From: Octopus sinensis
Taxonomy: Eukaryota
Direction: 5' to 3'
Length of the DNA: 24,944 nucleotides
Assembly: GCF_006345805.1 (NCBI RefSeq)
Contig: NW_021836277.1
Span: 1-24,944 of the forward strand
Below are positions 10,405 through 20,208 of the stretch, piece after piece (the stretch's first letter is position 1; each line of letters begins with the position of its first letter). Under the pieces are notes generated by a model. The model searched no databases, was not told the origin of the DNA, and was given only the letters and a program-made list of their open reading frames with translations. The position numbers and the translations under genes were made by a program.

Positions 10405-10502
10405 GGACAAAAATCGTGTTACACAGTGAGGTCGGTTGTACGTCTGGATACGATCTAGTATCATTCACGTACACCTTGTCTCCGGCTGACTCAGTTCTTC
10501 GT
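10405..10502 (-). CDS. Candidate internal exon (xRRTESAGDKVYVNDTRSYPDVQPTSLCNTIFVx), product unknown
   Basis: Acceptor gtttttattccttcaaag and consensus donor gtgagt. 98 nt with only one open frame (phase 2 to 1). Unique sequence. Confidence 0.5.
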
Positions 10503-10648
10503 CTTTGAAGGAATAAAAACCCACGTGGAGGATCAATACAAAGTAGCATCTTGGCAGTGACACAAGAAAAAGGATGAAGACTCAGGAAAAGGACAGAGGC
10601 ACTGGAAAAAGATGGAGGCACTGTAGAAACGTATGTAAGGCAAATGGG

Positions 10649-11333
10649 TCTCCGTCAGCTTCGTCGATGAGTATTAAGTTGTTTGAGCAACTGAGCTATC
10701 TCCTCGTTGAATTAGGATGCAAAGTTGCTGAGTATTCTACAGGCACGTGTAATTTTTAACGTAGTCTTCTGGTGTAACTGGCACTCCGTCGGTTACGACG
10801 ACGAGCGTTCCACTTGATTCGATCAACGAAACAGCCTGCTCGTGAGATCAACATGCAAGCGGCTGTGCACTGCACAGACACATGTGCCCATGACAGTTCT
10901 CAATGAGTTTCAGCGTGTCACAGCGAATGTGACAGGGCTGACCCTTTGAATTACAGGTGAAACTCATTTTGACAAGCTAAATGGACTGGAGCAGCATGAA
11001 ATAAAGCATTTTACTCAAAGATACGACGGGCCGCCGGGAATCGAACTCACGACCTTACGGACAAGAGCCGAATACCCTAACCACTAAGCCACGCGCCTTC
11101 ACAGTCTTCAAGTGGAATCCGTGTGGCACATTGTGTAAGAAAATGCTCCTTCCAGTTACTGGTGTACTCCAGCCAAGAAGCTTCCGCCCAGTTTCTGTTT
11201 ACCTGTCTATGGTTACAATACTTGGTTCACCTGAGGATTTGGTAAAAGACATCCGCCCAAGATACCATACAATGGGATCGAACACAGAACTTGGTGATTG
11301 TGAAGCGTTCTTCTTTACGATTCAACCATGCTG
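10649..11333 (-). mobile_element. Old, diverged SINE (E-type head/middle + T1 tail) split by a younger SINE
   Basis: 10649-10770 and 11103-11168 align to T1. 11179-11333 aligns to the E head/middle (e.g. AAGACATCCGCCCAAGATACCATACAATGGGATCGAAC vs AAGACACTTGCCCAAGGTGCCACGCAGTGGGACTGAAC). Confidence 0.65.
10778..11102 (-). mobile_element. tRNA-derived SINE (CORE-like M2 + T1)
   Basis: Minus strand GTGAAGGCGCGTGGCTTAGTGGTTAGGG head; aligns with 23006-23326. Degenerate TSD AGTCTTCTGGTGTAA / AGTCTTCAAGTGGAA at 10763-10777 and 11103-11117. Confidence 0.83.
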
Positions 11334-12000
11334 TACAAACATTGTACAGTTTTCAGAACAAACAATGATGATGTTGTGGGTTTAGAATAAAATACGTTTT
11401 TAAAGAAAGAAAATGATTTACTTCATCACGCCATCTACTTTCCGTTTTCGGCCATTAGAAGCGAATGCAGAAATTTTCTGTAACAGATATTGCTCATTAT
11501 CTCCACAGTTATGATGGACTGCTTGTTATTCCGCAGCTACAGGGATTATTTAAGTTAAGTGGTATAAAACCCTTCACAAAAGGATTACCATGCCAAGGTA
11601 TATTTTTGTTTCTTCATTTGGATCCCAAGAAAAGGAACCAACGGACTGACTGTGATAACGTACGTTATCATATTTTGGAGGTTTAGCAAGAAAATTTATG
11701 AATAATTTATGAAGGAAGATGTAGCTTAGAAAATTAGTAATGCAAAAATGTCAGAGCAGAGGCTTGTGATTTATGGACTTCCATTGATGATAAATAACTA
11801 GAAATTGAAGATGCGTTGCTGAGGAGTCTTGAGAAAGCAATGGAAACTACTCCATCTGATAGCTCATGCGATTTGTGTCAGAATATAACTTCATTTCCAG
11901 CAGTGACATCGTTTCACGCAACTTCATTGTTATTTTCCTGAAATATTTCTGAAATATTTCACTGCCTTTTCCTTTTTATATATATATATATATATAGCAA

Positions 12001-12101
12001 AAGAAGAAGAAAAAGAAGAAGAAGAAGAAGAAGAAGAAGAAGAAGAAGAAGAAGAAGAAGAAGAAGAAGAAGAAGAAGAAGAAGAAGAAGAAGAAGAAGA
12101 A
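12001..12101. repeat. (GAA)n microsatellite, adjacent to (TA)n
   Basis: About 33 near-perfect AAG units. Confidence 0.97.
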
Positions 12102-12278
12102 ATCAATGACCACCAACAACAAAAATACCCTCACCACCACCGCCATTAATCCTCTCAGTTTCAACAGATGACAATGTATCTCTAAGAGAAACGATGACAC
12201 TATCGAAATACAAAGATGGTGAAAAGAGAGAAATAAGCCAAATGTAAAGCATGAAGATAGAAATAACCCCTTTGGTAA

Positions 12279-12461
12279 CACAATGCGACAGGTACTTTCG
12301 TGTCAGGATTCTGTTTTCCTAAATTCCAAAATCTTGTACGCTGAATTCAAAAATGGAATACTCTATTTTTACTATCACGACTAGATTTCAAGAAAACCCA
12401 AATTTCGCAATTTTGCTTATTTTTCAGAAAAATAGGTAGTCTACCTGTGAAATTTCCATGC

Positions 12462-12509
<48 letters not shown>

Positions 12510-13313
12510 GTTAATCCAAACATGAACAAAGAGAAAGCACGACAACGCGAGGACGTGGAACAAGTATAGTGTTATTGGCCACTCAAGAAAGGAAAATAAG
12601 GTGGACTTTAACGTTTGGAGCGGAGCTCTTCGTCAGAAACATAGAAAAAGAAAAGGTCCAAGGAAGGGAAGACCGAGAAAGTAAATCGCCAACACATATT
12701 GAATGACCTATATATATGGGAAAGCGGAGCCAAGAAAAAAAAATTATTGATCAAAGAATAGCCGCAGCAAACATTCGTTCAAGGGTCTTTAAATAAGGCT
12801 CTTTGTTCAAGGGGGTAAAAAATCATCCTACCGCCACTCCATATCAAATTACAGTCGTGGAGCAATTTGTTAAAGCTCTGAATAAAGCTGGACCAAGCCT
12901 ATACTGTATCTGCAACGCATTTCCTGGTCTGAGCAATGAAAAGACAAAAGCTGGAGTATTCGATGGGCCTCAAAGGTGGCAACTTTGTAAATTCAATGAA
13001 TTGCATAAAAACAGTAGCATCGAATCTATTCGTAATAGTTGTAAATTATATTCTGGGCAACAAGAAAGCAGCCAACGAATCCGAAACAGTCGATAACATA
13101 CTGGAGAACTTTCTTTCAAAAGTTGGGAGCAAATATGAGCGTATAGCTCCACGGTCCCCTTGATAAATGCATGAAAATCTTGGTGACACAAGTGATAAGT
13201 AGGGAGAACGTTTCCATCAGGACATAAAATCAATGGAATAAACATATCATGGCAGTCGGGACTTCCATATGATGGCGGACTGTTGCTGGAACTTCGCTCG
13301 TGATCTTCCTGAG
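12279..13313 (+). pseudogene. Decayed Chapaev3-like (CMC group) DNA transposon: probable 5' terminus plus C-terminal transposase remnant (12708-13313)
   Basis: Across frameshifts: KIILPPLHIKL/VVEQFVKAL...FPGLSNEKTKAGVFDGPQ/NFVNSMN...ILGNKKA/LGANMSV*LH...ENLGDTSDK*GERFHQDIKSME*TYHGSRDFHMMADCCW, matching the LPPLHIKLG...SEEQGERFHQD...MMADYCW signature. TAA|CAC at 12276-12281 fits a TWA TSD and CAC terminus (less certain). Confidence 0.8.
12508..12693 (-). mobile_element. Penelope-like terminal-repeat fragment with a mutated minimal hammerhead ribozyme (12607-12640)
   Basis: Minus strand UUU-CUGACGA-A-GAGC(UCC)GCUC-CAAA-CGUU-AAA. Sits next to a (CA)n(TA)n tract. The Penelope assignment is inferred from the ribozyme type. 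Confidence 0.55.
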
Positions 13314-13328
13314 GTTCCGAACTCAAGA

Positions 13329-13451
13329 AAACTTCCTTTCATCCTTTCGGAGGTCGATAAATTAAGTACCAGTGAAACACTGGGGTCGGTGTAATCAACT
13401 ATCTCTCTCCTCTAAATGTCAGGCCTTGTGCCGATAATAGAAAGGGTTATA
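13329..13451 (+). mobile_element. Partial family-D SINE
   Basis: CCTTTCATCCTTTCGGAGGTCGATAAATTAAGTACCAGTGAAACACTGGGGTCGGTGTAATCAACT...GGCCTTGTGCC. Confidence 0.8.
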
Positions 13452-13452
13452 T

Positions 13453-13750
13453 TTAAGAGACATAAGACTTGTCAGTCTGCTTCATGGTCCCTGCAAACAA
13501 GATGGAAAAGGCTTTGCTCCAGAAGATGGCGAAAGAGACTCACTGGAACAGTCACTCTGGCTCACGGGGCTCGCACTTGCAGATGACCATCTCAGATCCG
13601 ATAGCAGTGAGCAGGGATTTAGTATGTTGTCCTGGGGCCAACGATGCCGGAGATCTCCACTGCTACAGGCTCTACCACAAATCTGTCAAAGCGCGGTCGA
13701 TACTTCGTCAATTTGCCCTTCTCGGCTTAATGAGCTGCGAAGCCTGGGCT
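13453..13750 (-). pseudogene. C-terminal restriction-like endonuclease region of a CRE-type non-LTR retrotransposon, decayed
   Basis: Minus strand SPGFAAH*AEKGKLTKYRPRFDRFVVEPVAVEISGIVGPRTT / KSLLTAIGSEMVICKCEPREPE*LFQ*VSFAIFWSKAFSILFAG. Matches the AE..K..KY...F.P.AVE..G..G...LFQR.S.AI..GNA motif. Confidence 0.72.
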
Positions 13751-14205
13751 TCAATTGTGAAAGTAAAAGATATAAACATTTGAACTGTATTCTTAATGAA
13801 ATGTTTCTAGAGAAGATTATATCGTTTTTGAAAGGAACCTACTGAGGTGGTGTTGACAACAATGTTCAATGAAACTGGGGGAAATATTTACAATAGAGCA
13901 ATGACCGATCATTTTAGCAAGGCTTGTTTATATTCATTTCCACAACTGTGAAGCGGTATCTTGAAGATTATAAAGAAGTAAATAAAGACAAATCAATAAG
14001 AATATGTCATTATAGATTTGGAAAATGGGGGGTAAAATGTTTGTTTATCTATAGAAGAATACTGTCATATTTTAGCGGTATTTATTGAATGTAAACAAGC
14101 ATATAGCTACTCTTTTCACCGGCGAAAATTCAGAATTGATGTAAAAAAATATTTGGAGATAGTAAAGAGAAAAACGATAAAAAAAATATTCATACTTACG
14201 CATGT

Positions 14206-14367
14206 GGCGCAGGAGAGGCTGTGTGGTAAGTAGCTTGTTTACCAACCACATGGTTCCGGGTTCAGTCCCAATGCGTGGCACCTTGGGCAAGTGTCTTCTA
14301 CTATAGCCTCGGGCTGACCAAAGCCTTGTGAGTGGATTTGGTAGACGGAAACTGAAAGAAGCCCGTC

Positions 14368-14412
<45 letters not shown>

Positions 14413-14646
14413 TATGTGTGTGTGTTTGTGTGTCTGTGTTTGTCTCCTTAGCATTGCTTGACAACTGATGCTGGTGTGTTTATGTCCCCGTTACTTAGCG
14501 GTTCGGCAAAAGAGGCCGATAGAATAAGTACTGGGCTTACAAAAGAATAAGTCCCGGGGTCGAGTTGCTCGACTAAAGGCGGTGCTCCAGCATGGCCGCA
14601 GTCAAAAGACTGAAACAAGTAAAAGAGTAAAAGAGTAAAAAAGAGT
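14206..14646 (+). mobile_element. Family-E SINE (head + CORE-like + internal (TA)n(TG)n + T4 tail), full length
   Basis: GGCGCAGGAGAGGCTGTGTGGTAAG...GGGTTCAGTCCC head and (GTAAAAGA)n end. Perfect 14-bp TSD ATACTTACGCATGT at 14192-14205 and 14647-14660. Confidence 0.92.
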
Positions 14647-14729
14647 ATACTTACGCATGTATGCACTCAGGCACGCGCATATACAAACGCAAGAAATCAC
14701 ACACGCACATACATACGCTCACAGATAAT

Positions 14730-14770
<41 letters not shown>

Positions 14771-15068
14771 GTCATATTTTACACACATACAAGCAACAAG
14801 GTATCAGGTAGACAAACGCAGCCTCCGTAACGGACTACGAAAAAAGTCACTGAAAAGGTTGCAAATGGCAACGAAAGAACTTTGACGAATAAAACAAGAA
14901 GCAAACCAAACGACTGACTGTTTGATCAACAAGTTAAAAAACGACCGATTAGTTTCAATCAATTGACTAATAATAGAGGAGTGGAATTGAACCAGTGCAT
15001 GTATTATTAATATTCGCGTAATGACCCACCCTAAACACAGCAAAATAAAAGAACATTTGAACATAAAT

Positions 15069-15381
15069 TGTTGTTATTGTTTGTTCCTTCTCGAGCAATT
15101 CCTGGCTCATAAGGACCGGTTTCCCGGTTTCCTTGGCGTATAGGTTCCCCACCTGGACAGGACCCCGGTCTGTCACAGGTGAGCTGCAAGATGCAGGAGG
15201 AAAGAGTGAGAGAAAGTTGTGGCGAAAGAGTCAGCAGACGTTCGCCATTACCTTCTGCCGGAGCGGCGTGGAGCTTTGGTATTTCACTCCTAAACACACA
15301 CGTCGCCTGGTCTGAGATTCGAACCCGTGATCCCTCGACCGCGAGTCCGCTGCTCTAACCACTAGGGCCATGTGCCTCCAC
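15069..15381 (-). mobile_element. tRNA-derived SINE, family A' (M1 + T2), full length
   Basis: Aligns with 2695-2996. TSD TTGAA(C/T)ATAAAT at 15057-15068 and 15382-15393. (CAA)-type tail. Confidence 0.9.
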
Positions 15382-15584
15382 TTGAATATAAATGAACTAC
15401 TCCAAAATAGCAGTTTAAAGTTATCAGTGAGAAATACCGTTTTAGAAGGAAGTGGCCGAAAGAAAAATACGTTAGGAAAAAAACTCACTTGAAGTCAATC
15501 AGTAGTCAACAGATCGATGAGGGTAAAGTTAAAAGGCTTCTGCTGAGAAACAGAGAAGTGAGAAAAAGGACTTTAACCAAGTTG

Positions 15585-15780
15585 CAGTGTGGCTAGAAAA
15601 AAAATCAAGAAATCAGCATGGCCGCTGCACTACACGAGAGGCATATAAAATCAATGACGATACCTCTTTGATACTCACAGGACTTCAAAATAGGAAAACA
15701 CCAAGACGTGAACGTAATGTCGAAAATAAATGAAAAGGCAAACTTTTATAACGAGCTGATGAGAAATTTGTTGATACTAC
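15585..15780 (+). pseudogene. Possible highly decayed LINE (RTE-like) ORF2 linker fragment
   Basis: A-rich strand. Broken translation WLEKK/QEISMAAALH...VENK*KGKLL*RADEK weakly resembles the region between LINE endonuclease and RT. Confidence 0.3.
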
Positions 15781-16042
15781 ACCCTTGTTTTGCAAATGAT
15801 AGCTATGACTAGTGTGCCATTGGTTATGTAATTAACTGCGCCAGCATCAAGCTTTCAAACTGAGCTTTACTAAACCAGGAAATAAACGGCAGATTGAAAA
15901 CTTACAATTATAAGTCGTTAATGGAACTGAGATAATATGTAATGGTTAAAACAACATTACTTTATTGCATACATAAAGGATTCAAAATTGAATCGGACTT
16001 GATTCACCGACAATTTATTGTCACGCTATGACTCATACACAC

Positions 16043-16097
16043 CTCACTTTGGTACCATTTATTCTTTTAGCACGAATGTGTAACAGTTTATTTAAAT
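16043..16097 (-). CDS. Weak candidate exon (xLNKLLHIRAKRINGTKVx)
   Basis: Acceptor ttatctgtcag and donor AG|gtgtgt. 55 nt, open from phase 1 to phase 2, which matches the phase-2 start of 10405-10502. Pyrimidine tract is poor. Confidence 0.2.
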
Positions 16098-16119
16098 CTG
16101 ACAGATAATCTTTATCTGA

Positions 16120-16303
16120 TCGTTTAATCTGCTAAGAATGGCAACTAAATTTCTCTCATCTCATATACTACAGTCTTGAAAAGGAGAAGACGCATTAGCA
16201 AATATATTTCCAGATTCCCTTAAAACATAGAATTACTCTGGTTGCAATGCCTTTGGTCGCAGGTCTACTCAATCAAGGTTAACTTTAGACTGAAGAGCAA
16301 CAA
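16120..16303 (+). mobile_element. Family-F fragment in opposite orientation, ending in CAACAAC
   Basis: CTGCTAAGAATGGCAACTAAAT...AATGCCTTTGGTCGCAGGTCTACTCAATCAAGGTTAAC is the reverse complement of the F motifs. Confidence 0.55.
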
Positions 16304-16313
16304 CTTAGTGTAT

Positions 16314-16535
16314 TACTCTTTACTCTCTCTTTTACTCTTTTACTTGTTTCAGTCATTTGACTGAGGCCATGCTGGAGCACCGCCTCTAGTCGAGCAAATC
16401 GACCCCGGGACTTATTCTTTGTAAGCCCAGTACTTATTCTATCGGTCTCTTTTGCCGAACCGCTAAGTAACGGGGACGTAAACACACCAGCATCAGTTGT
16501 CAAGCAATGCTAGGGGACAAACACAGACACACACA

Positions 16536-16576
<41 letters not shown>

Positions 16577-16744
16577 CATATATACTACGGGCTTCTTTCA
16601 GTTTCCGTCTACCAAATCCACTTACAAGGCATTGGTCGGCCCGAGGCTATAGCTGAAGACACTCGCCCAAGATGCCACGCAGTGGGACTGAACCCGGAAC
16701 CATGTGGTTGATTAGCAAGCTACTTACCACACAGCCACTCCTGC
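16314..16744 (-). mobile_element. Family-E SINE
   Basis: Reverse-complement match to 14206-14646 over its whole length, including the internal microsatellite. Confidence 0.9.
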
Positions 16745-17025
16745 GGAGTGAAATACGGAAACTGAAATACGAAATTAACTTTTGCAAGAATTGAAATCAC
16801 AATCCTGACCACAAACTCATAGCTGAGAATTATTTTTTAAAAATATGAAGGCAAACCAATTAAGCTGAAACTGCGGTCTTTGAGTTGTTAAATTTGTACG
16901 TTCCCTCTCGAATCGTAATTTCAATTTCATTCTAGAACAAAGATAGAAATACAGACTTACATATAATTGTAAACACACACACACACACACACACACACAA
17001 CACATACACACACACACACACACAC

Positions 17026-17310
17026 TTAGAGCGTCGAGCTTACGATCGTGAGGTTGCGAGTTCGAATCCCGGAGCTGGCTGCGTGTTGTCTTCTTGAGCA
17101 AGACACTTTATTTCACGTTGCCCCAGTTCACTCAGCTGTAGAAGTGAGTTGCAACGTCACAGGTGCCAAGCTGTTTCGGCCCCTTTGCCTTTCCCTTGGA
17201 TATGCATGGGCGACCGCTGTTCTTCCATAAACAACCTTGCTCGGACTTGTACCTGAGAGGGTAACTTTCTAGGTGCAATCCCATGGTCAATCATGACCGA
17301 AGGGGATCTC
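17026..17310 (+). mobile_element. SINE (partial tRNA head + CORE-like M2 + T3)
   Basis: B-box GAGTTCGAATCCC, then M2 and a tail shared with 5621-5901. Abuts a (CA)n tract. Confidence 0.85.
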
Positions 17311-17499
17311 AGCATATATATATATATTGATTTTCGTTATCTTTCCTCTCTGCCTGTGTGGATTGTTTTCAAGTACTTTGATTTTTCTGGGAGTCCCTTT
17401 TTAAAGTAGAAGAAATAGCTAAGGTTTTTGGGCTGCTATTTCTAAACTTCGGTATGTGGTAAAGCAAATCTTTGCTGAACCTAATTATAAATTTATATA

Positions 17500-17533
<34 letters not shown>

Positions 17534-17748
17534 GTATGGTGTGTGTGTATGTGTGTGTGGGTGTTGTGTGGGTGTATACAGGATATGAGGGTTTTCATCA
17601 TAATCATTCAAACTAATAGCTATGCGTTTTGAATGCTCAAATAGGTGTGCCACTAAAATTCCAGTTTGAACCGCAATTGAAGTTGTAATTATGTGATTAT
17701 CTCATTTAAAACGACTGAAGGTGGTTTCCCTTTGAGCCAGTAGGTGTA

Positions 17749-17961
17749 GGTTAAAGTAGGGAGGTAAGGCAAACAATTCGGCAAGGAGTGATAAGGACAT
17801 TTAATTTTATTTAATTCAATCTGATTTTGCTACATAATAATTTTACCATCTTTTACTATTTTTTGCCATTTGTTATGTAGCTAAATCAAGCTGAATAGAA
17901 TAAAATTAAATGTCCTTGTCACGCCTTGCCTAATTGCTTGCCTTTCCTCACTACTTTAACC
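17749..17961. mobile_element. Foldback/MITE-like element with long inverted arms, flanked by TA
   Basis: 17747-17840 and 17870-17963 are ungapped inverted repeats (13 mismatches in 94 bp by manual count) around a 29-bp spacer. Confidence 0.8.
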
Positions 17962-17976
17962 TATATATATTATATA

Positions 17977-18016
<40 letters not shown>

Positions 18017-18096
18017 GGAAATATAATTCCAAACTTACAGGGAAAAATTCAATTTAGCAATTGTAAGTCAAATTTCACAATATATAATATATGTAT

Positions 18097-18260
18097 ATAA
18101 TTAAGAGAAATGACCTCTATAACGCACGTAATCAATTTATGGTTATTTAATTTAGTGATTTTTTGAATAATATTTATAGTATATTTAATTTTTTTCTATA
18201 TGGTATAGATAATGTCTTTCACTTTTGAGTTACTTAATAGAGGTTATTTATCTTAATTAT
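18097..18260. repeat. 24-bp inverted repeat pair embedded in (TA)n; small MITE or two opposed fragments of one repeat
   Basis: ATAATTAAGAGAAATGACCTCTAT (18097-18120) vs the reverse complement of 18237-18260, ATAATTAAGATAAATAACCTCTAT; 2 mismatches. Confidence 0.6.
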
Positions 18261-18298
18261 GTATATATATATATAATATATATATATATATCTTAATT

Positions 18299-18480
18299 GC
18301 TGTGCCATTAAGAGTCTTGTTTTGCAACCATACGACTTCGGATTCAGTCCCACTGCGCAATATCTTTGGGAAGTGTCCTCAACAATAGTCCCAGACCAAT
18401 CAGTTGAGCACTAGGGTTGATGTAATAGACTTATCCCTTCCCCCTAAATTGCTGGCCTTGTGCCAAAATTTGAAATCAGT
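18299..18480 (+). mobile_element. Diverged E-type SINE head joined to a D-type 3' tail
   Basis: GGATTCAGTCCCACTGCGCAATATCTTTGGGAAGTGTC (E-like), then CAGTTGAGCACTAGGGTTGATGTAATAGACT...GCTGGCCTTGTGCCAAAATTTGAAA (D). Confidence 0.65.
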
Positions 18481-18612
18481 GTTAATTGGCAACTTTGTCT
18501 AAAAGCATTTCTACTGTTTGTGATCTTCCTTGTCATATCGAAGAACATAGAAATACGTGAGAATAGGAAATGGAGGTCCCGACAAGAAAAATTCCTTTGG
18601 TTTGGGTTTTAG

Positions 18613-19054
18613 CTTCTTTGATACTAACCCGCTCCTGGTTCCATGAAATAAACTGCATTTTTTAAAAATTGATTTAAATTAAAATTTTTCATCTAAATTT
18701 CATGTTAATTTATGTCACAAACACCAACTAAATAATAACAGTTATTTTAATAGTTTCTTCATCCAAGGCGGAGAGCTGGCAGAATCATTAGCATACCGGA
18801 CAGAATGCCTAGCGGCGTTTCGTCCGTCTTCATGTTCCAAGTTTAAATTCCACTCAGGTCGACCTTACCTTTCAACCTTTCGGAGTTGATAAAATAAATA
18901 CCAGTTGAACTCTGGGGTTGATGTAATCGACTTACCCCCTCCCCCGAAATAGCTGGGCCTTGTGTCAGTATATTAATTAATAATTTCTTCATTAGTTTTA
19001 AAGTTAATTGAAACAAAAGCAATGTATGTCAGCAAAGATATGATATCAAAAGGG
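18613..19054. mobile_element. Possible decayed piggyBac-like non-autonomous element hosting the SINE at 18763
   Basis: Right end TATCAAAAGGG|TTAC and left end TTAG|CTTCTTTGATA: degenerate TIR and TTAA-like flanks. Confidence 0.3.
18763..18976 (+). mobile_element. Family-D SINE, full length
   Basis: AAGGCGGAGAGCTGGCAGAATCATTAGC head. 16-bp TSD TTAATA(G/A)TTTCTTCAT at 18747-18762 and 18977-18992. Confidence 0.88.
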
Positions 19055-19154
19055 TTACTAACCCTAACCCTAAAACGTTTCATTTGTCTTTGAGCTGGTA
19101 AGAGGTTATGATTAGCATTTCAGTACCTCGACCACTAAAGACTAGTATAGGAAA

Positions 19155-19523
19155 CTAGCAGTATCGCCCAGCGTTGCTCGGGTTTGTAAGGGAAATAACT
19201 ATATAAGCATTATTAGAGAGTTATAGCCAAAAAATAGCAAAAAAATGCATTAAAAATGGTTGACTCAACATAGACATTTTTAGAGAGTCACTTCCCTTAT
19301 ATAATAGCGAAAAAATGCATTAAAATGGAAAAAAATGATGGTAAATTTTTTTTTAAATCGTAGACTCATCATTGACGCGCACTAATACCCAGAAGGGCTC
19401 GATATGAATCACGACTACAAGATACCCGGTTTTGGTTAAACTGCACCGCAAAATGTGGGAGTAGTTAGGAATCTAAATCGTAGGAGACAGACACTCACAC
19501 AACCTCTCTTTTATATATAAAGA
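19155..19523 (-). mobile_element. Non-autonomous Helitron (~369 bp)
   Basis: Minus strand starts TCTTTATATATAAA after host A. It ends with GC-rich hairpin CCCGAGCAACGCTGGG, then GATACTGCTAG before host T. No TSD. Confidence 0.85.
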
Positions 19524-20120
19524 TTTTACAGCAGGAAATATACGGAATAGCTTCATGACAGTGTTTCGGTCATCTTATGCAGAAGGTGTACGCGTTGCAA
19601 AACCAACAAAAATTAACGAAAATTAATCTGCGAATTTTTCCGCGAAGTACGCTTGAAGACATCTCAAATTCAAATTAAGAGAATTAAGACGTATATATTG
19701 CTATGGAAGGACATAATGACCTTAATGAACGAATTTGGCAATTTATAGACACTCAGGATATCTTGAACTGCTGCCATGTTTACACAATTAAATGTTTTAC
19801 AAAAGTCCACCAAAGTTACTAGAAGATTACATTTAGTTAAGCTACTTGATCAATTTAAATTGATCAATTGAAATCGATTTAAAGCTTTCGTGAAATCGAT
19901 AGTTATCCTGAAGTAATCCAAACCTTTTGATTTGTATTAAACGTATTTTTGTTTGAATTACTTGAGGCTAGTTATTCCATAAACACTGATTTTGTTGTTG
20001 TTTTTTGGGGGAAGGGGGAGGGAGGGGGGGTTCATTTGGAAGCACTTTATCTGCAGGGTGTTATATCGATTCTGTGAAAGCTTCCAATCTAGGTTGAAAA
20101 GCATATTTAAAAGAGTTCAC

Positions 20121-20208
20121 CAACAAAGCGATATCTCGGTACATTGTTGCGTGGTGCAAACCAACAAGATTTATCTTCTGCTGTAGCACTTCGGTTTGGT
20201 TGCCATAA
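20121..20208 (-). CDS. Weak candidate exon, two open frames (LWQPNRSATAEDKSCWFAPRNNVPRYRFV or YGNQTEVLQQKINLVGLHHATMYRDIALL)
   Basis: Acceptor catcttttctttaaag and donor TG|gtgaac. 88 nt, unique sequence. Confidence 0.27.

Noticed and set aside
13680-13870. Plus-strand SCEAW...VFLMKC as an RTE reverse-transcriptase C-terminus
   Set aside because: The SCEAW part is the antisense reading of the better-supported CRE-type remnant; the rest is too weak.
19058-19073. (CCCTAA)-type interstitial telomeric repeat
   Set aside because: Under three units; not distinguishable from chance.
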